This document shows, in pieces, positions 51,115 through 63,689 of a stretch of DNA of 64,000 bases (positions are counted from its first letter, which is position 1; each line of letters begins with the position of its first letter). Under the pieces are notes generated by a model. The model was not told the DNA's origin, did no database searches, and saw only the letters and a program-made list of their open reading frames with translations. This DNA comes from Schmidtea polychroa. Its lineage: Eukaryota. Location: contig CM097885.1 of NCBI GenBank assembly GCA_044892525.1, forward strand, positions 1,178,001 through 1,242,000, read 5' to 3'. Both the position numbers and the translations under genes were made by a program.

Positions 51115-54100
51115 TTAACCCATTCGGGTACGAAAGGATTTCCAGCATATTGGTGATCTGGAATTACGAAGGATGTTGTTACATAAGGCAAGGATGAGCT
51201 CAAAGTTAGGAGATATCTTTCTCCAATCGCTTAGGGAGATTTTATCGGTACCAGGGGCAGTATTGTCGAGTTGGCAGAAGATACTTTTAATGTCATCAAT
51301 GTCAAAGGGAATGATGGTTAATGATTCAGAGAGTGCTGGGTACTGATAGTTAAGGTTAAATGTGCAATCGGAGGTTTTGCTAGCAAAAAGTTTTAAAATA
51401 TGATCCATATTTGGTGTATGTGTTTTCATTTGATTATTTAAGATTTTTGAAATTTCCTCTTTAGGAGCAAATTTATATTTTTGTCTCTTGGTAAATACCA
51501 GCTCTTTACTAACCTTATAATTTTTGTGAATAATGTCCGATGCTTTCTTTGTGATGTATTTATGAGGATTAATGCTTCCATTAATTCTCTCAATCTCACT
51601 TAAGGCAGCATCGCATTCAATTAGATTGTTATTTAGATTAATAATTAGACAATTGATAAATGGTCGGAATTTCCGCACATCATCATTTGGCAATTTGCAA
51701 TAATTATAATTATTTATACTAGTTTTAATATCATTAATCATATTAGTTACATTAGGGCAAGTTAATTTTTTACGTTTAATAAGGCATTCGATAAAGTGGC
51801 ATATATAGAAAGCTGTAGGTACGAAGCAACGAGGGTATGCAGAATTTTGAAGTACAATTTGGACAGGGCTTACAATTTTTTGGAGATCAAGAATGGTTTC
51901 GAGGATATTCTGAGCTAATAAGAGGTGAGTAGAGAGGCTATCGTCAAGAAGCGTGTCAATGAGTACAGCAAGTTTACGATGTTTGTCAAGTAGAAAGAAG
52001 AACCAGTTGTCTTTACCATCAGACATGGGCATGATAATCTCATTCCAGTGAGCAAATTCAGAGAAAGGAAAGGTGGCAAAGAAGGTTACATAGTTATGCT
52101 GAATAAGTGCATTTCCTATGAATGGGTCTACAAAAATAGAAGAGTTTTTCAAGGCATTTGAAAAGATATATGCCTTGATTGCATGTTGTGACCATCATGT
52201 CGACTCCTTCTCAACATTATTACCGAAGATAAGGGTATCAGGAAGGGGACGTTTGACAATTTCGCTTTCAGAGAAGGTAGCCTCAAATTCTTGCGACTCA
52301 ATAATTGGGCGCAAGTTGTTCACATTTTCAGGGGGCTATCCTGTATCTGGGAGATCACAAGCGGAGTGGGGATATTGCCTGGATACACATAAGGTTCTGG
52401 GTGATATTCGAGGATATGTTGTCGAATAAGGTGATGGGAGATCCATGATCCACAGAAGCAGTATAAAAAGAAGCAGGGTAAAAGATAAGTTTTTTATGTT
52501 TGACCTTTATGTGGTTAATAATGGTCATAAGGGGGGTGTCGATGTCAAAGATGGTTTTACATTTATTGCGATTTTTACTATAGTTGAAGCATATGAGGTT
52601 ATTGGAGGGTGAAATCCGGATTTCAGCGCGGCTCATATATTCCAGGTCGTATTGGTCTATGTGTTGAAAGTGGGTGATGTGATTATAAATTTGTTTGAAA
52701 GTTAATGGATTTGGCGCAAATTTATGCTCACCAGGAGTTCTACATTGAATGCAATCGATAAGAGTATTTTCGTCAATTTTTAATCTATGAAAGTCCCACG
52801 CGTGCTTAAAGATTTTTTTGCGATTATGGACAGAAACAGGACTGCAAAGTGTTGTCCTGCATTTGGACCTGCATTCGATTTTGCCCCTACCATTAAGTTT
52901 GAGAAGTATTTTGTTATCAAGTTCACTCTCATCTGCTGTTTTTGGGACGAAGGTATTGTGTGTGTGTTTGGCCAATGTTATGGGTGTGAGGTATTTAGGA
53001 GATGGGGCAGGGATATTATTCGCAATCACTTGTATTTTTTTATTAAATACTTCCATTTGTGATTGTATTCTTAATGCCTCTTGGATTTCGTTGCATTCAG
53101 ATTCAGAAGGAGTAGGTGCGGTGACTTTAGGTGTACTGCTAAGCTCAGTAGCGTTGGTAGTTTTAGATTGGATAAATTCAGGCGTATTATGAAGACAGGC
53201 AGTTGTCATAGGGTTGTCAGTGTTGTTGTTGGAAGAGGAAGAGGCTGTGGGCTGGAGAGGTGGTTCTTGGTCGATAGAGGCTACACTGCTGCTCGATAGA
53301 TTCACATCATCTATGTCCGAGTTAAAAAGATCATTATTTGGCTGGGGATTTACAAGAGATTGAGATGGGTTTTGAGGAGTTTGAGAATTATACTCATCTA
53401 TTGGAAGGGGGTCAATGGTGTCATCAAGGTCACAGCTGTAGTGTGAAGTGTCAAGAATGTATTCAGAGCAAGAGGAGGACGAGGGGTTAGGAGAGAGATC
53501 AGAGTCATTGTCAATAGTATCATTTAATGGAGAGCGTTTAACATGGGGAAGGGCAATGAGGGAATCATCAGTATTGTTCTCATAATTATTAATTTTATTT
53601 TTATTTTTATAAATAGAGTAGAGGGTTGTGTATTTACCCTTACGTATGATTTTTTTAACAAAACAAGATTTTATTACTTTACTATTGTTATCGTTAAAAA
53701 TTGGAGGAAGGTTTTTAAGATCCTTGGGCTTATGGATGAAATCATTCGGGATAGGCTCAGAATAATGACGTTTCAAGGAAGTTCCAAGGTTTTTATTAGA
53801 AAGAGTTTGAGGTATAGTGTAAGTATTTCGATTGTCAGGTACATAATTAGCCATATTCACAGGAGAAAGAAAGGTATCAGTTGTTTGTGAGTTTGGAGTT
53901 TGATTATAAACTAAGTTGTTTAAGGTAGGTTCAGAACTAACGAGCTTTTCGCTGAAGGTGACAGTCTTTGAAGAGGCGAGTCGGCCGCAGGCCGGCGAGC
54001 TGCGTGTTTTCTCATGTTCCGAAGGAACACGAGAAAAATTATTTTGAGAAAGAGTGTGGTTAAATAAGTGATATTTAAACAAAGAAAAGTCTTTATTTAA

Positions 54101-55066
54101 AATAGATAGTTTATTTAAATTAATAAATTTTGATATATTTTGTATTATAATATTAATTAACTCACTAGAAAATCCATTAAAAGGGACTTCTGTGAAGTTT
54201 GTATTTTTATACTCCATAATTAATTTTTTAATGATATATTTAATTTTATTTTTAAAAAATTTCTCATATTTATAATTAATTTGATTATCACAATAATTAT
54301 TCAAATTCTTATTTAAGTTATCACTATTTTTAAATTTATCATTACAAGTTAAATTATCATTATCATGAGAGTCATAAGTATAATTATTAGAAGGTCTAAA
54401 ATTATTAATACTATAATCTCTATAATAATTTTGATTATGATTACCCTTTTTTAATAAGTGAATCTTTCGAGCTGGGCAAAAAGTTTTCCAAGAGGTGGCA
54501 TATATATCGAGAGTTTCATTCACTTTAGCATTCTTCTCAGAATAGTATCTCTTAGGCATACAGTTCACTTCATTGTTACAGGTAAGAGAACTTCCATTAT
54601 TGATCGGCTCCTTGTGATTAATTGTATCCGTTATTTTAGTACGTGCTGTGGCAAATGTGCCATATTGCTTGAGGATCATCCTAGCCGGGCAGTAAGATCT
54701 GATTTTCCTCGTTTCATATGGATCAGCAGGTGATTCGTCGGGTGGGGTCTCATCGGTTCTATATATATGTTTAGGATGCAATAAATTTACTTTATCGATT
54801 GGTTTATCTCTGGAAGAAGAGCCTCTCCCATGTGGATCTGAGGGGGCCGAAGGAGATACGTGAGGTCGAATATCATCAGCTCTATTAAAAAGTTTAGATA
54901 GTAATAACAATAAGTTGTTCTTAATATTGTCTCCATTATTGGAGCTTCTTCCATCCAGGTAGGTATTTTTATTCCTGGAATCCTGGATTATTTTTGATAA
55001 AAGAAAAATTTTTTGAGAAAGAGTTGTTGTGGGAGTTCTTTCGTGTTAGATATCCTCCCACATGAT
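51115..55066 (-). mobile_element. 3'-truncated NeSL/R5/Utopia-like non-LTR retrotransposon: low-complexity N-terminus, Cys/His finger region, Ulp1-like (C48) protease domain, start of RT
   Basis: ORF 52355..54910 (C..KC...H...H, CIQC...H..H, C...C...H...H) and ORF 51115..52152 (IIMPMSDGKDNWFFFLLD...LIDTL; RT domain 0 NTAPGTDKISLSDWRK...ICWKSFRT). A protease upstream of RT is characteristic of the NeSL clade. Confidence 0.75.
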
Positions 55067-55120
55067 GTTATTGAGTTATTGAGTTATTGAGTTCAATTAG
55101 GTTATTTAAATGAAAATCAT

Positions 55121-57057
55121 TTATATGGTTTTTTCTGCCCAGTGCTCTTGAATGCTATATAGAGTCAATTCTGCTAAGCACTGGTAAACGGCGGGATTCT
55201 CGAATATCTTGTCAAAAACTTTCATTGGTATCATATCGTTCTCGGCCAATAAGCTTATCCTCTCATCCTTGCACTCTTCAATACGTCTAAGCCTGTCACG
55301 CTTCACAAATAGTACCTCTGCCAACAGGGCTGGCACACCCAGCCCCCCATTTTTAATTTTACTATTTATAAATGATGAACAAGTATCGGTTGGCAGGTGT
55401 AACCATTTGCGAACCGCGCCTCTAGTCATTTTATCCAATACCCCTAATTCGGTGGTATCGGTTTCCCCTAGCACAGCCTCATGTAAAATACCTGGTATCA
55501 AAAAGTCACTAAGCACCTCTAACTTTTGTTGCGGCTTAATAGGTGCCCTCGTAATATACTCAAGACGTTTAGTATAAAGATTGGATAGCTTTTTAGTAGT
55601 GCGACCAAGGGCTCCAAATTGGATCCCAAAATACTTATAGTAGTCGTCAGCTGACATGGCAGGGAACTCTTCCCCATCAGCACTTACTTTTTCGCTAGTT
55701 ACCATCCATTTTTTCTGCTTACCGTCCCCTCGCGCTATAATGGAGGCACTCTTACTTGGATTAACACTAAGGCCATTAGAAACCAATTCATTTAAAACCG
55801 TTGTTAACAGGTGTTCTAACACCGCTTTGGTTTCACTAACTATTACTAAGTCGTCGGCATACGCCAAAATGGGATAGGTTATTCCCCCCACCTTATAGCC
55901 AATACCAGTTTCATATGCTTTCTGGATGGCGAGATCGATGACATTGTTGAACAGCGCGGGTGAAAGCGGGTCGCCCTGTTTCACAACTTGAAGAGCGCAG
56001 CATGCGGTATAGTTCTCAAGGCCTTCGCGCTAATGCCGTCAGGACCACTAGCCCTTTTCAATTTCATCTTTTTCACAGCAGCTGCGATCTCCTCCAATGA
56101 GATGTGTGCAGCTACTGACTTATCCTCAGTTGTCCTCTGGACAGGCCGGGTATTGGGTTCAGACTCTTTTTCGAAAACCTGTTTCCAATAGTCCCCTCTA
56201 CTCGGCATTGGATCATCCTCCAACAGCAGACTATCCAGCTTACCTTCAAGGATAGTGCTAGCGGCCGCACTTCGATCCTTCTGGAATAATCTCTGCAAAT
56301 CCCCACAAATAGCTCTCTTCCTAGCTACCTTTATGTGCTTTTTAACCTTTGTACCATCCACGGGGACCTGGTACGTTTGGTTAAACTTGTTTTTCCTCTT
56401 TTTGAGTTTTACTTGAAACTGCTTAGTTACTGATAAGCAATATTCATCAAGCAAAACTCGTTGAGAATTTTCATCTTCAGTAAGGATGATCCTATCCAGT
56501 TGGTCCTCATGCCAAATGCTATGACCCTTGCTTCGAGGGAATTTCCTTAAAATAGTCATGATGTCTGGAGATGGACTCGGGGCTTGTGGGTTCTCCATCG
56601 CATCCTCCATGCCCATCCCCTTCATCTTGTCTTCTAACTCTTTAAACACTGCTTTATATTTATTACTATCTAAGTGTTTGCGAATGGATTCCTTTGAACG
56701 TTTGAAGGCTGAACATCCAAGGTGAAGTATATCAAGAAGGTGAGATTGAGGTCTATAACGATTTTCAAGGTGAAGTTGAGCCATGAGGAGCTCTTCTTCA
56801 TTACTCCAGTAATAAGCAGGTTTATTGGAAAGTTTCCTCAAGATGGCCTCATCACGTAAGGTGCGATGGGATTTAGATATATGGACTCCACGTCCCCTCA
56901 GGTTTGGAAAGGCAAAAAGCAATACTCACAGACAAACGACTGTTCCACATCCCTCTCCAGTTTTGTAGCGTTGTTATTTTTATTTGTACTCATTTTCATT
57001 TTACTGGTTGTTGTGGGAGTTCTTTCGTGTTAGATATCCTCCCACATGATACCTAAC
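55121..57057 (-). mobile_element. R2-like non-LTR retrotransposon, internally deleted and 3'-truncated (one C2H2 finger + Myb + RT)
   Basis: FVCEYC...LRGRGVHISKSH finger; Myb WSNEEELLMA...RSKESIRKH...YKAV; ASGPDGI; KQGDPLSPALFN; LAYADDL; YKYFG; PIKPQQKL; VRKWLHLP; GGLGVP. RT motifs 1-3 are missing at ~55984. Confidence 0.92.
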
Positions 57058-57332
57058 TGACCATAAGAGGCCTCACCAAAGGAAGTGGTGGGGGGAAGAG
57101 AAAAGGGTCCCTATGAAAAAAAAATGCCCTCATCACAAACAGTGATGAGGGCTAATACTTCAATTGTTAATATTTATAAAACTTTATTCAAAAGTATAGT
57201 TTGAAAAGCTAATCAAATATTAAAACTTTAATTAAATTAAAAACAAGAGAAAAGAAAATGTTAAAAAAAAACTTTAATCAAATTAATTTTAATTTAGATT
57301 TAAACTTTAAAAAAAAATGAACATCAAAACTT

Positions 57333-57448
57333 AAAATAAAATAAAATAAAATAACATAGAATAAAATAGAATAAAACAAAATAAAATAAAATAAAATAAA
57401 ATAGAATAAAATAAAATAAAATAAAATAGAATAAAATAAAATAAAATA
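57333..57448. repeat. (AAAAT)n microsatellite
   Basis: Visible directly. Confidence 0.9.
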
Positions 57449-58939
57449 ACATATAAAGTTACCTCCCTCAATTAAGTTAAATCCCTAATACTATTAAAAA
57501 TTCATAAAAAGAAAATATCAAAAATATCAAAAGAAAAACAAATATAAAATAAGATTAAAAAATAGAATAAAGTAAAATTCTTAGAAGACATACCTCCCTC
57601 AACTAAAAAAAAAGATTCCCTAATTATATGGTACCTGAATAAAATTGGTAGGTTAACCACTTTGGCAGACTGATATTATAAATAATAACTTGTCATAGAT
57701 ACTCAGCCTTTTACCAAAGTATATGGGAATTACTTCTTTAAAGCACCCCGTCAGCTCATCCAATTTTTAAAGAATATGAATAATATGAATTATTAAAATT
57801 AAAATTATAAAGTTATAAAACAACATAAAAAATATGAAAAAAAAAGGTCGTAATGGTGGCCCTTACGTGTGCCTAGAATGTTGATCAGATATTCTAGGAC
57901 TTACTACCCTTAGTGAATCATCTAACAGTTGCGATCTGTCTTGATAATTCACCAGGATACCCAACTTTCAAATCGGCGTGGGAAACCATCTGCAATGCTC
58001 CACCATTTGGCAAATACAGATATCGACGTTTCGTTCATTGACCGGCTGTCGACCTTTTGGACCACAAAAAAGGCTTTTCAGTTCTGAAATCAAAACTTTC
58101 TGGTCATTTTTTGTTGGTTGGTCCGGGCCGCACCCTCCTCCGAGCACTTGTCATTACCTGACCAATGGGCATCCAATTTCGGGAGGTTTGGATGCAACAC
58201 CTAGTCCCCTTTGTCTTAAGACATCAGGCCGCCCCCATCTCTGGGCACTTGTCGTAACCTGACCAATGGGCAACATTAAGGCTGTTGACTTTTCCCGTCT
58301 AGTCCACAATAAAGGCTTTCCAGTTCTAAAATCAAAACTTTCCAGTCACTTTTTGCTTGGTTGTCCTAGGCCGCACTCTTTTAAGAGCACAATTGTCGTT
58401 ACCCGACCAGCAGTGGACCGTTTTCGGTGCCCGTAAACAGTTAGAGGGCCTATATCCCCTTTACCAATCACCCAAGGGCAGTTGGTTGTCCTTCTTAATT
58501 GAAGTCACGTCTTTTCAGACTTAAGTATCAAAGCCGCTTTGCAGCCAATAGTTCGTAGCAACCATTGTAAGTGTATCCAGCGGGTGAATCCCCCGCAGAT
58601 CTTCTTACGTCCTATTTAGTTTCTTCCCCACGGTAGCGACCCGTCGTTCCAATACTAAGGACTACATACATTCCATGACATAATTTCCACCTCAAAACTC
58701 AGGGAAAGATCTCTTAAGCAGGACTTTAACCTCGCGAACGATCCTGACCAAGAGTTTCGAACTTAACTTCTGAAGATACCTGTTTAAAGCCCGAAAACGC
58801 CCGAACGGTTTGCCTCAGTAAGTCTGTTTCCATTACTCATGAACCTGCACGTTTATTTGGAGTATGATATTTGAATCTTTTAATACAAAGCAGTTCATTT
58901 TTAGTCCTGGTATTTTTATGGACAATGTCTGCTGGTTTT

Positions 58940-60319
58940 TTAATTTTCTTTTTTTTCCATTTCATTAAGGGCTGTTTCACGGTCCATATTGTCGTTATTT
59001 AAATTAGTTATTAAACCTTTAATAAGTGGGAGGTATTTTTTAATATTATCGTCAGGTATTTTGTAGGTAAAATAGTTTTCCTCAACAGTTCTGATATTTT
59101 TTTGCATAATAGTAATTTTAGGAATGATTAGTTTAGTATTCTTTATCAGGCATTGGATGAGGTGGCACACAAAAAAGGCAACTGGGATATTCATATTTTG
59201 TGAGTGTAATTGCGAGTGGTGAAACGATTTTTTGCAGATCAAGAATGGTATTCAGTATGCTATTAGCGAAAGATAAGTGTATGGAGTGGCTATCGTCAAG
59301 TAAAGGATCTATTATAACAGCTAATTGTCTCTGCTTATCAAGATAAAAGAAAAACCAGTTGTCTTTGCCATTTGACATTGGCATAATAATTTCGTTCCAC
59401 TCTGCGAAGTCTTTGAAGGGGAAGGAGGAGAAGAAGGTTTTGTAATTATGCATGATTAGAAATTTATCAACATAAGGGTCAACAAAGATGGTAGATTTTT
59501 TCATGGCGAAAGAGTAAACGAGTGCCTTTATTGTGTCCTGGGACCATCAAGCTGATTCCTTATCCACGTTATTTGTGAAAAAGCAATCATTTGTTATTTC
59601 TCTACTATAGTTAAAATCAAAACCATTTAGACAATCTTCATCTGATGAAGTTCGTTTCCCTTCCTTCGTGTTTCAAGGTTATCTGCAATCACCTCCTGGG
59701 TGTTTAATACATTATTCATAATATTATAGTCATAATAATATTGTTAGTATTTGGTAGTATTGGGTGGCGTTGAGCTATATGATTGATAATGCCATCTACT
59801 GGGACCCAGCTCCTACATGCACAGTATATATCGGCATTTTTATCAATAATTCCATTTCTATGTTTTTTTGACCTGTGCTCCCATACATATGCCAATGGAG
59901 TGTCCCAATTCCACGTCTTAAAGCATTTTTTGTAGTTCTTATTGTGGCTATTACATGTGAGGTGATTATTTTTGTCGATTTTAATAAATATCATTTTGAG
60001 GGTATCTTTATCATTTTGTATTTCATGCACATATTGTTCGACATGCCTGTAAATGTTTTTGTGCGTAACCGGATATATTACATAGCGTTCGTTGGCCTTT
60101 GCATTGGCCGCAGTCAATGATGGAGTGTTCTGTGATAATGATGTTGTGCGTACTGATCCAATTTTTCCCTATTGTAAATGGAAATCGCTCCAAAAAAAGG
60201 TGTGCGTAAGTGGTGTCTGCATCTACATTTCGCTCTGGAGTTGAAGTAGTAGAGGTTAGGATCTTGCCTGTATTGACTGCATTGCCAATACCAATGGGTT
60301 CAAATCCCATTTCGGTCAA
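58940..60319 (-). pseudogene. Second, diverged NeSL/R5-like fragment (finger region + Ulp1-like domain), frameshifted
   Basis: ORFs 59716..60117, 59133..59504 and 58940..59242 align with 51115..52700 (IFVDP, EWNEIIMPMSNGKDNWFFF, ILDLQKIVSP, DTPL). Confidence 0.8.
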
Positions 60320-61039
60320 TTTTTTTTCAAATTTTTTTTCAACAAAATATTGTACTTTTACAAATTTTTAAGGTGATTGGTCAACGGCAACTCTTGGAAA
60401 TTTAAGATCAAAAACGTTTTAACTTAAGCTACCAATGTACATTAGATAATTTAATTAAATTTACATTACACATTTAACAAATTTGCTAATAACTTTTACA
60501 ATATTAATTGTTACAAAGTAATTTATATATCAATAAATAGATAATTAAATTTACAATATAAATTATATCAAATTTGTTAATTATTGTCAGATTTGAAAAT
60601 TTACTATGTTGGTTTGAAATATTTTACCACCAAGTTAACATTTTGACCAACAAATTTTTAGATTTTTAATATTATTTAAATATTGAAGTACCACAAAATA
60701 GAGAAAAAAATTTAGAATTAGAATCATCTTTGAAAATAAAAATACTATCAAAACTTAATTTTTCATTGGAAATTTTCGAAATCACGTTGCCGAAATTTTA
60801 CCACCGCGGCGAAGTTTTCATTAATAACTTTTTAAATAATAATTATTATAAAAATATTTTAGCACCGCTGGAAAGATAATAAAATTTAGATTATAAATCA
60901 TATGGGAACTTTAAAATACTAGCAAAATTAAAATTATTCTTGGCAAATATTGCAATCCCAATACCATACTAATTAATTAATTACAAAATTAAACTTTTCA
61001 AATTTAAAATTTTGCCAAAAAGTCATAGTAACTCTAACG

Positions 61040-61181
<142 letters not shown>

Positions 61182-61488
61182 TACGATCACTTCAGATTTT
61201 TTTGAAAAATTTTTTTTATTAGCATTTGTACACTAGCCAAAATACTTAGTCGAATTTCTTGGACTATTTCAGATGGTCGTCTCAATTTTTTAAATAAATA
61301 AGCCTATTTACAACAGCAATATACTGTAGTAAATAGGCTTAAAATTTATCTGTGTGATGAACTGGTAAACGGCGGTCTTTTTTACTCCCGCTGTTGACCA
61401 TTTGACTACTAAGCAGTTACTGTTAACCAGTTATTATTCAGTTATATAGAAATTTATCAATAGCACTGCTACCCAGGAATACAAATAT

Positions 61489-61810
61489 AAGTTACCACAG
61501 GGGTAACTGGCTTGTGGTAGTTAAAAAACCGCCAATAGCCAGTTAACTGAATGCAAAAATGCATTGAAAACACTATTACCACTAGGTTAATTGGATTATG
61601 GTAGTTAAAAAACATCCAATAGCCAGTTAACCGAATGCATTGAAAACACTATTACCACGGGGTTAATTGGCTTATGGTGGTTAATAAACATCCAATAGCC
61701 AGTTAACCGAATGCATTGAAAACACTATTACCACGGGGTTAATTGGCTTATGGTGGTTAAAAAACATCCAATAGCCAGTTAACCGAATGCATTGAAAACA
61801 CTATTACCAC
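61489..61810 (+). repeat. 76-bp tandem hairpin array, copy 3 (4 hairpins; first unit closest to 28S rDNA)
   Basis: Begins AAGTTACCACAGGGGTAACTGGCTTGTGG; later units match those at 3183 and 6383. Confidence 0.95.
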
Positions 61811-62930
61811 AGTAGTAGGATGTGTCCCCTCCAGATCATGTCCCCTCCAGATCACATATACCCCTCCCCCCCTCCCCCCCCCCCGGGAAAAAAAAAATTT
61901 TTTTTTAATTTTTTGTTTTAATTAATTGGCCTGGCGGGCTCACACTTTTTTTCATCCCAAAAATTAATGTTCCTGCCAACAGATTTTATTGACCGATACC
62001 TCATCTTAAAGCTCAGTCCAAGACCTTTCGAATGAGCTATAGGTATCATATATATCTTTAATAGTTTTAATGTTATTAACAATTGATGACCACCATCTTT
62101 TCAACGTTAAATTATTATTATTTTCCAAAATATTATTAAGTGATCCAGAGGGGACCTACTTTTTGTCATCCCAAAGATTAATGTTCCCGCCAACAAATTT
62201 TATTGACCGATACCTCCTCTTAAAGCTCAGTCCAAGACCTTTCGAATGAGCTATAGGTATCTTATATATCTTTAATAGTTTTAATGTTATTAACAATTGA
62301 TGACCACCATCTTTTCAACGTTAAATTATTATTATTTTTCAAAATATTATTAAGTGATCCAGCGGGGACCTACTTTTTTTCATCCCAAAAACTATTGTTC
62401 CCGCCAACATATTATATTGATCGATAGCTTATTTTAAAGCTCTGTGCAAGAACTTTCTAATGAGATATAGATTTTTATCATACGATGACTCATCACATTT
62501 TTAGAACAAAGACAATGACTCATCACATTTTTAGAATGATGTCTAATATTTTAGAATGATGCCAAATATTTTTAAAACGATGTCTATTATTTTTAGAATG
62601 ATGTCTAATATTTTAGAATGATGCCTAATATTTTTAGAATGATTACGTCATACTTTTAGAACGATGCCTAATATTTTTAGAATGATGCCTAATATTTTTA
62701 GAATGATTACGTCATACTTTTAGAACGATGCCTAATATTTTTCGAATGATTACGTCATACTTTTAGAACGATGTCTAATATTTTTAGAATGATGCCAAAT
62801 ATTTTAGAATGATGCCACATATTTTTAGAACGATGCCTAATATTTTTAGAACTATTACGTAATCGATGTCTAATATTTTTAGAATAATGCCAAATATTTT
62901 TAGAACGATGCCAAATATTTTTAGAACTAA
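61811..62930 (+). mobile_element. Probable Polinton-type left terminus (third family) with subterminal ~214-bp tandem repeats and a ~21-24-bp minisatellite
   Basis: Starts AGTAGTAGG; shares TCCAGATCA(C/A)ATATA with the 31867 terminus; poly-C tract as in type-A ends; repeats at ~61945-62470 and ~62483-62930. Confidence 0.55.
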
Positions 62931-63008
62931 TAATTTTTGTTTTAATTATCGAATACGTAATAATATAATTTTGTTTAAATCGTTGATTACATATTATTAT
63001 TTTCTAAG

Positions 63009-63068
<60 letters not shown>

Positions 63069-63190
63069 CATATATACACCGAGTCTATCCGACAAGATAT
63101 TCTGTCCCCCTATGGGTACTGTACACAAGGGTACTGCTCATACTCAATATGTCGTAAATTATTATTATTATTATTTCAAATACAAGTTCA

Positions 63191-63257
<67 letters not shown>

Positions 63258-63619
63258 TATTATTACGCGCACGGGGAATATTATTATCATATATACTCTT
63301 AATCTATCCGACAAAATATTCTATCCCTTTATGGGTATTGCTCATATGGGTAATGGTCAAAGGTGTACTACTCACATTCAACATGTCTCAAAGGGTATAA
63401 TATAATTAATATTAAATTCTGACCAACTTAAATCAATGAAGGGGTAGATCAAAAATATATTAAGTTGCGGTATTTTAAATTTAAAAATATTTTAAAAACT
63501 TATTTTGACACTAAAGTTTACTTAATTAACAAAGACATAATTATTGCACATGCTTTGCATAAATATTATTATTTTTTAAATTTTCAATATTTTCTTTTAA
63601 AGTAGTAACACGCGCGGGA

Positions 63620-63670
<51 letters not shown>

Positions 63671-63689
63671 GTTAATGAAAAATCTAAAA

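Noticed and set aside
57058..57165. HDV-like ribozyme at the R2 5' end
   Set aside because: A P3/L3-like CAC-TTCCTTTG-GTG and a hairpin are present, but I could not assemble P1, P1.1, P4 and P2 in the required order on either strand. A descriptor search would be needed.
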